This document shows positions 49,692 through 62,100 of a stretch of DNA of 64,000 bases, piece by piece. This DNA comes from Phallusia mammillata (Eukaryota), in the NCBI GenBank assembly GCA_965637545.1, contig OZ281495.1, positions 28,954,001 to 29,018,000 on the forward strand, given 5' to 3'. The translations under genes and the position numbers were made by a program. The notes beneath the pieces are model-generated. The model saw nothing but the letters and a program-made list of their open reading frames with translations, was not told the DNA's origin and did no database searches. Numbering within the stretch: position 1 is the stretch's first letter; each line of letters opens with the position of its first letter.

Positions 49692-52082
49692 GAAAATCCT
49701 GTTTAGCCAATACCTTGAACTCTGTGACTTTTCGTGATTTTTTCGGATAGTAATGGACGTTGTCCATCACACGTACGAAGTTTTATCATAGACAGATAAA
49801 TTACGGCGATCAGTTTTATATTTTCCGGGGCCATTGTAGGTTTATTATGCTATTTATTAGACAAAAGAAATGTTAAAACGTAAACTTTTCCCTACATATT
49901 GGTTTGTTTGCTTATTGTAAAAGTTGCATTGTTAGTTACCTGTGCCTCATAAAAATTAATTGCCCAATTTGTACCTTTCGTATCCCTACACGCATGCACA
50001 AAGCCAGTTAATCGACAAACAATTGCTTTGGCGCAAACACCGACACTTGTATTCTTTTACTATTTCTTTTTGAACTGGGTGTACTCGTAAAACGACAAGT
50101 TGAACAAACAAAGGGCTAGCAAAATATTTGTACATTATAAAATACCGTAAAGTTTTTGACTTTCCCAAAGGCTGGTTGTGCATTACAGCATTTTCATGTT
50201 TAAAACAAAAAATATTAAAATAAACTGATATTGTCCTGCAGTTTGGGACCAACTTCCTAGTGATACGAACGGAATCGAAACTCACATGAAGGTGGAAATT
50301 TGTTAACAACCATTAATCGACTTTGTGACGCCAATTTATTTGATTGTATTTCTCATTTCACGTTTGAAATTTTGTGTGGATGACAACGATTGGACTTCAT
50401 TTAATTTTCATTCGTTACTAAACACCGTAATAACCAACACATTAAAGTTGATAAACCTTTGCTTGTGTGTCTGTGTGCCTCCGAACGAAAACTTAGTATC
50501 TTGTTGTGACGCATGTTTAGAAAGTTTGTAAACCACTGATTTGTAGTAACCGTCGGTCAAAGTGATGCCAATATTAGTTTTTGTGCACGTAAATGCAGTA
50601 ACGAAAATCCAAAGACACTGCTACATTCCAGGCCTGACCTTTTTCGTGCAAAGTGTATCTGTTTTCCACATAATCCAAACGATAATTCGAAGTCTGATTA
50701 AATACGATAATTGCGTGTGACAAAGCAATATTGAATCTCTACAACAAGCAATCGATTCTACATAAATTTGTCAAACATAAAAGCAATGTCGAATAACCGA
50801 CTTTTTAAACATTTTAATTGTAATTACATAACTTGAGATAGATAGGTTATTTTTTCATTCCAGGCTACACCAAAAGTCTGCTAACATTCAAAGCAAAGCC
50901 ACCTAATTTGTTCAATTCACTTCATTAAAATAAAATAGCATTTTGCTTGAAAAGTCTTTGTCATTTTTTGAAGTATTCTTTAAATATTTCTGGGAGAATG
51001 TATGTTGGAAAAACCACCTGCCGTGTTAATGCAAACAAACGGTTGTTTCTCGTTAGATAATACTTATCAGTGTGTGTTTGACATCGCAAAGTCTAGTTGC
51101 TGGTCGGGTTTGTTACATGAAACACCTTTTCTCCAGTTGGTACTCAGTGACGAAGACGATACATCTGTGACTGGTAGTTAATTTAACGTGTGTGGGCTTC
51201 AGTGGTAGATAACGTTGCCAAGCTACTACACAGCAGAAGCTTGCAGAAGCTTGCGTTTTTGTCTGTTAATGTTTTTGTCAGGGCTAGTTAAGTTTGCTTT
51301 TAAATTATTGTTATGTGGTGACTCTGTAACTTGCAACTGAGCATGGAAATACGCTGCTGAGAAACATAGTCAGGACATTGAAAGCTTAATTTCGTTTAAA
51401 TGTCATCGCGCAGCAGATTAGCCAGAGCAAATTTATTGAAATTGGTGTCGAGGGTGAATGTTGCGCCTCTTTAGGGTGAATCGAAAATCCGAATTATGGC
51501 GACGAAAGTGTGAGTTTTATAATATTGGAGAGGATGGGGTCATGACCATGTGCTTTCCCTCCTGGGTGCGAAAATGAGTTCCTGCAAAAGCACAGTGTGA
51601 AACACCAAAACAGCACAACAATATATTGTTTGACACCTCATGTTCTTTAATTAACTGATTTTGCTTGTTTGATTTTTTTATCATTTTTAGGTAACTTGTT
51701 TAAACAAAGTGTGATTATCTTCTAATGGGACAAATATTGATAAGATTGGACGCTCCGAGTCTCGGGAAATGGTTTATCTATTCCAACCAATGCCACAGCA
51801 ATCGCGTTACGAAATGCGGGGTGCACATAAAACCTGCAAATCAATTTACGTCAACTTAATTTTACATTTGACTTGCAAGTATATCGTGAGAAACTATGTC
51901 GTTTGTTCGTGTGCCGCAACTTAAAGGGATTGGAAACACTGTTAAAATCATACACATATTACCCATTTTACAAATCGTATATTGCTTTGTCAACGCCTGT
52001 TTAGTTGCGTATAAAAACCAAAAATTATTTACTTATTCTTATATTTTTGTGTGACTTAAGGAAGGAAAAAGTAACATTCAGA

Positions 52083-55000
52083 ATGAATAACGTTGAAAAT
52101 AAGGAATGTGGAAGAAAAATTTCCTGGTCAAACCGTATGTGGATTTGTATAATATGGATTGCGTTGGTCACTACAGTATCGGCAATATTCTTGATCGTGA
52201 TCTTTGCTGTAAGTATTTATTTTGATAATGTTAAGTTTCTTTCCAATTTTAGATTCAGTAAGACTGCTACTCTGCCTGTGTGTCCATATAGTGTATATGT
52301 ACACACATATATAAGCAACACCAATTAAAAGTAGACTTTGCACGTTCATTGTGGTTTAACTTTAGGCATTCTATGAGGTTTTTAGGCTACGGCTTTTAAT
52401 TAGCTTAATTTGTTTAACTACCTGAGTTTTCAATTGCCTCTAACCTAATTGCCTCAGAGCCTGCAAATAGCGCTGATGGGTGTAAAACGCTCTGCAGTTC
52501 GGGCCTTCGGGTGACTGAAAAAAAGGCCTCATGATTTGGACCTTCTTTGTTAAAGTTTGTTGTATAACAAGTTTGCATTAGATAGCAGCGAGCTTAGTTT
52601 GAAACAGCGAGCTAGTTCGTTTCGTTGGCCAATTTAATTTCGTGACAAAACGATTTGGGGCAACTGATTTCAGTTACTTTACAAATCTGGCAGTCTGATA
52701 CGAACACCTCAATACAAATATATACATCTTGTTGGGGTTTGAAACAACATGGATCCGCAATCTCCGGCATCTACACAATCAAACCACACAAGAAATATCC
52801 AGCAATTATGGTAAGTTGTCCATGCAATTCATTCTTGTTTTTGATTATTTTGACTTGTTTCAATAAACAGAAGTTAAGTTGAGATTAAGTCAAATGGCAT
52901 TTACACACCCTTTTCGTCAACAAGCCTAAAACAAACGCCTAGAAGTCCTAGAAAAACCTAGAAAAAATGCAAAAATTCCATTCGTTGCTCACTTGGAATT
53001 TCGAAACGATGTAAAAATGTTACATTTGAAAAAAAGAAGTTATATTTGAAGGTTTATTGTGATATGACCTCAGCCGACGGAGGCTGGACTCTTGTCGCTT
53101 CAGTTCACAATGACGACAAACTCCAGAAATGCTCTGCACTTGATAAATGGGCAAGCCCAGTAGAAGATGCAACTTCTCTCTATACCGCTGCAGGTAACTT
53201 AAGATTTGCAGCTGATAGTTAAGGGATTTAAAGCTTCATACAACTTGTTAGGTTCATCTCACTGGTACAACGGTAGCAGCTTTGGAAATCTGCACTCATG
53301 CGTGGATAGCGACTACAAGAGCCCTGCCTACTATAGTCTACCGGTAACTTGCAGAAGTATTTTTTTCATTCTTGTGTATGATGTCTAAAGGTATTTGGGT
53401 GAAACAATCTGAAATAGTTGAGCACCGGTCCGAGAACGGCTCCGTTCTTGGATCAAAGTCACATGTTTTGTATTATCGTGAGGTTAATTAAACTGAGTCA
53501 AACAATTCTATTTGTAAGCCCTAAAGCAATATTATCCATGCTTAATGTGTCGTATTCTTGGCCAGCATGAATGCTTTGGGGCTAAGAGATATTTATAACT
53601 AAGAGATATTTATTAAAGAAGTATTTACTTGCGCTACAAATTATTGTTTATGTCGATTTCAAATATGAATGATACCCTAAATCTAAACCCTCTGTTATAT
53701 TTTTACTAGATTTGTTTTTGCATTAAACGTGGTTCCTTACCTGGGGGGTAATGGCATTTTTAGGGGTAAACTACATAGGATTAAATTGGGGTTAGCAAAA
53801 AATAGTATCTTGAAAAGGGTGTAAATAAACCTTATCAGGTTGCATGATGTCAGGGTTAACGATAATAAAAAGGTTTAGAGCCATTGAGTTAGCAGGATGA
53901 TTTTTCGGACAAATATTGTTCAATCTAACAACTTCAACTTGTACGTTCACAGGCTCAAGACATCATGGTATCACACGTTCCGAACTACACACCTGTTGAA
54001 GATATTGATTTGTCATCATTCCTCACTTGTTACACAGACAATCACTTTTTGGAGGCAAATGGAGGAAGTCTTCGAAACTTCTTCAATGATTATGCTTCTT
54101 TGAGAAGTCTTACCGTAGTTGGCAAGTGTTTACACCATGGGTCGGCAATCTTTAACATGCAGCGGGCCAAAACCGAGATCAGTCAAGTCGCAGCGGGCCG
54201 TACTAATTTTTCACTTTAAAATCCGTTTCCTTTACGGTTTAACATGTTGTTAAACCTATCGAATTTGGGTAGTTATTCTTACTTTTTGCCATCATTGCAA
54301 ACAATTGGACACAAAACCAGTCCATTAGCATAAACGTCCATGAACATTTTTACTTTTGCAGACGTGGGGCTGTCAACCACCTTAGTACAATCTTTGCGAA
54401 ACCCGTGATAAAACATTTAAGCTTAGTTTAACCCATCTTATGGTTTTCTAGCCACTTTTCTAAAAGGGCCGCGGGCAGGGTAATTTTGCTTGTCGGGCCG
54501 GATTCAGCCCGCGGGCCTTCGGTTGCCGAGCCTTGTTTTAAACAAAGGTTTCTTGATCCTGGGGATGCGTACCACCTGGTACGAAGCACCGACTAGGTGG
54601 TACGAATTAAGTATGAAGGTTGCGAAAAACAATTTTTTAAAAAGTAAGCTTTATTGTCATCTTTATTGTCATGAAGCTCATTTCATGTAGCTTTAACGGC
54701 AAAGAGATAAAAAATATCCACTCGTGTATCTGCTTGTGAGAATATTTGGTAATCAAAAACAATTCTCTCTAACCTAACTTTAAAAGTGATTAAAAAATAC
54801 ATAAAATTCTCTTACTGTCTGCTAATATAGCTTAACGTTTCAGTAAACTTTTTCGAAGGAATGAGCGAAAAAGTGCTTGAACTTATCGATGGGTCCCTCT
54901 TCACTGCTGTCACTACTTGGAGAAACTACACTTATCTGGATGTCACGACATCAACCTTTTACCCTCAGGATTTACCAACTTATCCGCAATTTGTGGATAA

Positions 55001-57947
55001 CGGCTTTTTGGTAAAAATCAAAAAGTTTGTTTTGCACCATGGTGGTAGTCACATACATACATAAAAATATTTCCGATTTCGTCTACAATAGTCAATCGAA
55101 TTTGCATGTCTGTCTACTTTAACATAGTTTACCATTAATAGTTTACCAGTGCCACGAAGTGCAAGCAGCATGACAAATAACTGAAAATTATTTTATTTTG
55201 GAGCCAGTGTTTTATTTCAACCACTGCCCTCGCAGCGTGCCTTTCGAAACCTTGTAGTCTGATTGGGTCAAATTAATTTAGCTTATTGAGTTTCTTCATT
55301 TATGTTTCTTCATTATACATTTATGCATTAATTGGAATTTGCGTTTTAGCACACCTAGATATGTGGGACATCATGTCTCAAACTTACAAACACAATTCAA
55401 CCAGGTACATTTTATACTTTTAGGTCTACTTCAGTGTAAACAATGAACCGTTTGTCTACATGACGGCAGGAAAATCGTATACGTAAGTGACATCACCAGA
55501 AAGACAAAATGTGAAAATCTAAAGCTTTAAACTTGTCTTTTAACAGGGACAAACGAAATTATCACATACGAGCCGAAAAAACGGAACCTTTTATTGTTTT
55601 GGCAAGTCTTGCAAACCAAGGAGGTTTTATCCGCTTTAGGCTACGAGTAAGTTAGGTTGATTGATCAAAGTTTTTGTGAATATTTTGGGCTTGGTACAGG
55701 AAATACAACCAGGCGTAGTTTTTCAAATGTGAACAAGTAGCAAGTGAGAAATTTCGTATCCCATTCTAAAAGTTTTCTTTCTTGTGGTGTCATTAGCACC
55801 AACGTACATACTTTTGTGTGAAGAATAGTCCAATTAGGAATTTCTAAAATGTAGATAAAAAAATACATTAAAATCGATGCATGTGTCACTTATGGGCACA
55901 AAAAGAGTAATAACGAACAGATAACTATTGTTGGAAAATACTGAACAAACGTTTCGTCCACAATGGTTGCATATCAAACAAATTTGTCGATCAACTCGAC
56001 CATTTATTTTTGTGCTTTTATGTAGGTTGAGTCAACCGTAGCAAAGGCCGCTCAATCGTCATGGCCAACTGTGAGTCCGTACGTGTACAAAGGTTTCACA
56101 ATTCAAATTGACTATGCAGCCAAAACAACCTACTACCCCTATTTTACACAAGTCTTCTTCGTCATTTATAGCACCCAGGTTAGGATTTTTCAAATAGATA
56201 CAAGTTACTTAAGTTGGTTCTTAAGTAGTTAAATATTTGTTTTCAGAAATGGAATGGAGCCCACTCTGACTTTGTAGTAGTTACTAAACCAGTTTATGGA
56301 AAAACGGGACACAATCTCACACTGGAATATCAGTTTACTGGCTCTTCCCGTAATGTAATAACCGGCTACATGCTGCTGTACAAGTTAGTTTATGCAATCT
56401 GCAGCAGTTATTTTCAACGAATAAGTTTCATTGGCTAATTCGTCTTTTAAACTGCTATTTCTAATAAAAACCAAGTTATTTAAACTAGCTTAGAGTCACA
56501 ATGAAAAATGTAAAACCTTCTAGTAATTAAAAGCTTGAATTTAATTCGTTCTCATAACAGAATCTCTGCCTGATTAGTAGTTTTAGGTCTGCGGGCTTTC
56601 TTAATAGGGCTTCCTAAACCTGTCACACTAACACTCCCCCCTAAGTCGTGATTGCCCACAATGCCCCGAACTCACTCCAATTAAAGCCCTAGTGCATTGT
56701 GGGTTTTGTAACGTTAAGACAATGTGGAACTTTTCTCTGTTTAGTTTAAATTTTATTCAGGTGTTTTTCTTCTTGATGTTAAGTAGTTTATTTATAGTAA
56801 CAACCCAAGTTATTCCATTATTTGATTTTGTAAATTTATCACACAATTGTTGACGAGCGTAATGCCAGGCTGCAATTAAATTCGTTTCGTTATAAATCCC
56901 GGCTTGAATCCCTTAAACTATAACTAAAAATGGTTTGACTGAATAATTTTATACAAAGCGACACGATTAAATTCGTTAATGAAGTAATTGTACCTGAAAG
57001 TGTACAACGGGCGAGTGCTTAAAAATTTATTCAGATTACCTACCAGCACAATGTCGACTGCACAAATCAAATCATTCATTGAGCGTATAGTGGACAACAT
57101 TGGTAAGAACATTTTTTTAAGATGTTTTTTTTGCCCTGTTATTTTGTAAAATTAACATCATTTCTCAACAGATACTTTGGACATTGTTCAGTTTAACCAA
57201 CCGCAAAATTTCATAGTCCCCATTACCTATGCAAAGGGTAACATTAGATGGAACTCTACTAATGTTCAAAGCGGTTATATGCAGTTCCAAGCATATGATA
57301 AATATGGCTACAGCTATGCTATGTGTCCAAGTGTGAGGTAGTATTGGGATCAAAGGCAAAAATATGTTAACACAAAGTTTTGATTTAGTTTTGTTATTAG
57401 TGTCAACCCACCTGGCGACCCAGCACTCTATTGCACTGGATCTGCAAACAGCAAACGAAATAATCCGTCTCGTTGTGGTGACTTTGCTGGTAAATCAATT
57501 TTGGCTCAAATACGTCTACTTGTTTCATTTCCGATTTACTATTAGCCCACCTAAGTATTAAAGACGATATAAATAGCAAGGCGGTGTGTAAGATTGGTGA
57601 CCACATGCAACAAAGACAGGATTTCTAAAGTACAAACTACAAACTATGGCAAACAGTGGGCTTCTTTTACCGTTTGGCATTACGTTTTACCATGTTTCCA
57701 ACGCTTTTCTGTGGACCATCTTTTGTGGCCTTTACCAATGGCTTTGTAGTTTCCATAGCATTTCGACAGAGTTTCGATTGCATATTAACAAATTAACACG
57801 TATCGGTTTCATTTTACAGCTTGGGACCAACTTCCTGATCACGTGAACACCAATCGGAACCCACATAAAGGCGGGAAATTTATCAACGACCTTCAGTCGA
57901 CCTTGCTTATATTCACCAGAAGCAAGAACATTGAAACGAACCCATAA
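52083..57947 (+). CDS. Membrane-anchored intelectin-like protein B, ~565 aa; exons 52083-52208, 52694-52810, 53052-53193, 53252-53343, 53953-54121, 54859-55010, 55424-55482, 55547-55646, 56026-56178, 56247-56383, 57035-57102, 57172-57337, 57401-57489, 57820-57947
   Basis: 1698-nt spliced ORF; exon sizes match gene A (142/92/169/152/59/100/153/137/68/166/89/128). TM MWICIIWIALVTTVSAIFLIVIFA; one GC donor at 54122. Start codon and second-exon acceptor are uncertain. Confidence 0.83.
54136..54535. mobile_element. Degenerate hAT-type MITE just downstream of the GC donor in gene B
   Basis: Termini CATGGGTCGGCAATC / GGTTGCCGAGCCTTG; TSD GTTTACAC vs TTTTAAAC (6/8); GCGGGCC subterminal motifs. Confidence 0.6.
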
Positions 57948-58267
57948 AATCATTTACATAGAGCAATTCCAAATCTAATAACTTTAGAATGTAATTTTTT
58001 TTAAAATATTATGCGTGAAATTTAATTTACACTTATGCGTGTCCTTTGCATTTGAAAATTTGATTATTTGAGTATACTGACTCAGTACCATACATGAGTG
58101 AGTGTGAGTACAATATCGGGCGTTCTGACCTAATTGTGATTCGGGAATATACTTTGCTCAACAGCACGTCACGTGGCCCGCAGCAGCCAATTGCAGGACT
58201 TTACCGATGTGACCTTTGCGCAAAAATAACATTCTCTGAGCATAGAGTACATTTCTTCGCAGCATAG

Positions 58268-58560
58268 TTGCGGCCCGGGTTCGGTTTCGGGCTGGGTTTG
58301 AACTTACGTTTCAAGAAACGGGCTTGATTCGAGCCTGAATCTACACTCCTTGTCAGTATTTTTTGAAAAAAAATTAACTTGCTAAGTAGGCAGTTGCCGG
58401 ACCTGACCTAATGCCAAACAGCCTTAAAACGCATTGCTCGTGACCAATTGTCTATATTGTGTGAGTTGTCTTGATCTTTCCTTGGGCTTCCTGTCAATCA
58501 AACTTCAGGTGCTACGGGCTTCCCAAAATCGACTCGGGTTTGGGCCCGGTTTCGGGCCCG
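58268..58560. repeat. TCGGGC/CGGGTT-rich dispersed repeat
   Basis: Clusters of TTCGGGC/CGGGCTT words; similar clusters at about 350-395, 42520-42570 and 48590-48680. Element class not determined. Confidence 0.45.
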
Positions 58561-59170
58561 TTTACAACTTTGCTTCGCAGTGTCGTATGAAAACCATACC
58601 TCCATTTTCGAAATGTTTTGACTCCCGAAGAGCCACCTTCATTTTTTAATTTGCCATATTTACAAAATCCACAACAAAATGGAGTGTAGAAAAACCTTCT
58701 TTCATTCAAAACAAATAAATAATCTGCGTAGCTCTGTGTAATTTATTTTTACAAAGCCAACAACTTTGTGCAAACAACTGTTTCTTATCAGTGCATATTT
58801 AACTGTGATAAGTTTGCTTTCGTTTTAACTTGGCAACAGCTATTGTATCTGTTACTTATTGACCAAGGCAGTATCGCTGTCACAAGCAGTTGTATGTGTG
58901 AGCCGCAGTCCCGACCAGCACTCTAGATTGGAAGGTCAGAAAGAGATAACTCATAAGCGGTTGTTTTAAAACACGTTTTAGTCAAGGCTGGTGCACTTGC
59001 TTTGGAAAAGGGTTGTTTGTTACCATGGTCCCCACAAATGTTGTTTTGTGTGTGACAAGGTGAAAGTATAATCACAACAAAATATTTTTAGTTTTTCTGC
59101 ATACAGGTCGTTAATAACTCACGAGATGTGTTAGTAAGGTTTCTTAGATTTTGTGTAATTTCAACAAGAA

Positions 59171-62100
59171 ATGGATAACTCTGGGAGAAGTAAGCAGTAC
59201 CAACAAATGTTTTCACCGACTAAGCATGTTTGGTTTTATTTTGTATCAGTTTTAATCTTCAGTGTTCTTTCCACAGTGTTCTTGATTCTCATCTACTCGG
59301 TAAGTTAATTGTCACTGCTGTATGGTTAATTACATTTTAAATGTATTTTGGGGCATTTTGTGTTTGAAAAGGCCAAAGACTTGGTTTGTGTGCTTCGTAA
59401 GTTATATTTGTAAAATGTCTTTTCAGTACCATATTTACATACATGCAGTAGGGTTATAATACATACTTAAACAAAACCAACTGTGATTTTTTCCCGTTTT
59501 TTTTTGATATTTTTTAGCATATTAGTTGTTCTCTCTTCAGAATTGGTTTCAGGAGATTAATATTCCGTATTTGTTTGCAATGACGTAACCCAGAATTGTA
59601 CTGATTAGGCTGGGAATTGCACTGTTCCTGGTCTCTACTGTAAAGCATTTTGATCACAACGTAGATATAACATTAAGTTTGCTGGAAAAATGATTTTTTG
59701 ACATGTTTATATTGCGTCTTAATACCCATGTTACGTTTAAGCCAATTGTGAAAGAGATTCATTGACATTGATATCCTTGTTCCGTAACACTATAACCGAC
59801 GTTTATGTTTTTCGATACACAATCGAAACTGCTTGTCTAATAACTAAACAATACATTGCACCGTGTTGTAGGCGACAAAAGACTTGAACATCGGCCAATC
59901 AACACCTATCTATACGTCGTGTTGGCATCTCAAAAAACATGGATTCAAAACTTCTGGCATCTACACAATCAAGCCACGTAAACAACATCCAGCAATTTCG
60001 GTAAGTGATCCATTTATCAATAATGGCATGTTAACCAGTATTTTTGGTACAAAGTGTAAAACTGGAATCTAGTTCGTAGTTTCAACACCTTAAATCCCGC
60101 TTGTAAAAAGCAACGGCTCAAAACTATTCTTTTATTAGCCATGTGATAAGTGCTCTTTGATACAACAACACAACAAACCGCACACCAAGATTTAGTAATC
60201 TCACAATTTCATCTTAAGATTGTGTTTAAATCGCAAAGGAAAGCAGGACAAAGTTAGGTTTGATCTTAAGGTGGACTTGGCTGCCATATCATTTGAGTAC
60301 CATTTTTTTCCTGGCAAAAAAGCCATGACAGTTTTAGCCCGATAAAATACCTGTATTAAAATATTTTTGTTTTAGATTTATTGCGACATGACATCAGCAG
60401 GAGGAGGCTGGACTCTCGTGGCCTCAATTCATAACGATGACCCACTCGAGAAATGTACGACACTTGATAAATGGGCAAGTCCATTTCCGGACGGGGTCTC
60501 CTTCTACACGGCTTCAGGTAACGCCCACAGCAAACAGTATACGGCGGTATACGGCTGTTCAAGTGCTAATTAACTCACTTTTTAGGCTCTTCGCATTGGT
60601 TCAACGGTAGCAGCTTTGGGAAACTTCAATCGTGCTTCAATAGCGACTACAAGAGTCCTGCTTACCACAGTCTACCGGTGAATCTATTACACTAATCCTT
60701 ATGATAAAACTTCGCCCTTCCTGCCTCTAAGCCAATCTAAGATTATAAGAGCGCTATACCCCAATAAGCTGCACACTTGGGCTCCAATCTCACTTTAAGT
60801 CTGTTTCTAACAGCTACACCCTGCAGGAAAACAATGTTAGGACGAACGCTTTGAATTTGTGGTGAAATTTTAAAACCTGTTTTAAAGTGGAGAGGGTTTT
60901 TGACTATTGCGTTGATTTTCTGAACCCTTATGAACAGATGTAAAATTTTATTTGATATATTTTATCTTTATTGTCAATAGTTCAAAGCATTTCAACTAAT
61001 CTGTTGCGTTGGGTTTCGTTTATATTAGTTTCCGCCTTAACCAGTGAGATGTTGTTCAACATTATGTTTTAACACACAAACAAGTTGAGTTGTTGCATAA
61101 AACTTTACAAACTTTTTTTTCAGGCTCAAGACATAATGGTGTCTCACGTCCCAAACTTCACTCCTGTTGAAGATATTGTTGGGTCATCTTTTCTCAGCTA
61201 TTACACCAACAATCAGTTCTTGGACGATTTCGGAGGAAGTCTAAGGAATTTGTTTAATGATTATGTTCCCTTAAGAAGCCTTAGTGTTGTCGGTGGGCAT
61301 TGAATATAGTTGGTTTTGGTACCACGGAAGAGGATAGTATTGCACTAAACTAAAATAATCACCAATCTGAAAATAATAACATACTAGTATAGAAAAAAAG
61401 CTGTGGGCTCAGTACCCTTACTACAAAGTAGAGATGTACCAAATATTCGGTTTGCCAAATTTATTCGGCCGAATCGCTCATTTTTGCAAAGATTCGGTTT
61501 CGGCCGAATAATTTGTTGCGATCCGGCCGAAACCGAATCTTTTAAGAACACAAATTTCAATCGTAAAACGTGTCTTTTTTGCTTATTAAGCTCCACGCAA
61601 TCTTTCAAAAGCCTAACAATAACGAAAATCGCGTCAATTTTTACCTTTTTCAACACATTATCGTTTTTCCCACTGTAGTCAAAAATTTGTAATTCATTGG
61701 CAGGTTGCCAATCATTCTTGAGGCAATTTTAAACCTCACAGAACTGAAATGAGTACGGAACAGAACAATTCTGCACTAATTGCATGGTAGATAAACATGT
61801 TTTCATGTCAAACGCATGGCGTACGGTTTCGCGTGACGTCATAAATGATTCGGTTGATTCGGCCGAATTTATTCTGCAAAACCGCCGAATATTCGGTTTC
61901 GGGCGAATCGAAATTTTGCCGATTCGGTACATCACTACTACAAAGACAGATTTATACCATGAATTGTCAGAAAAATAAATCACGCAACAACGTAATACTC
62001 TTTCAAAATGCTAACGTGTAAGGTTTGGTTGTCTTGGGTTGATGTTTAACTTTAGGTTTTTTTAAAGGAATGAACGCTAAAGTGCAAGAGTTGATCGAAG

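Noticed and set aside
49986-50700. Coding-like minus-strand tract between lectin genes A and B
   Set aside because: No consistent splice or frame model and no motif; possibly a decayed retroelement.
51725-51771. Candidate extra first coding exon of lectin gene B (MGQILIRLDAPSLGKW)
   Set aside because: Phase-compatible with an acceptor at 52060, but the donor (TG|GTTTAT) is weak and there is no paralog support; left out of the model.
55935-55995. Hammerhead-like GAAACGU on the minus strand in a gene B intron
   Set aside because: Only the 3' half (stem II right strand + GAAAC GUU) is present; no CUGANGA, so it is a non-functional fragment.
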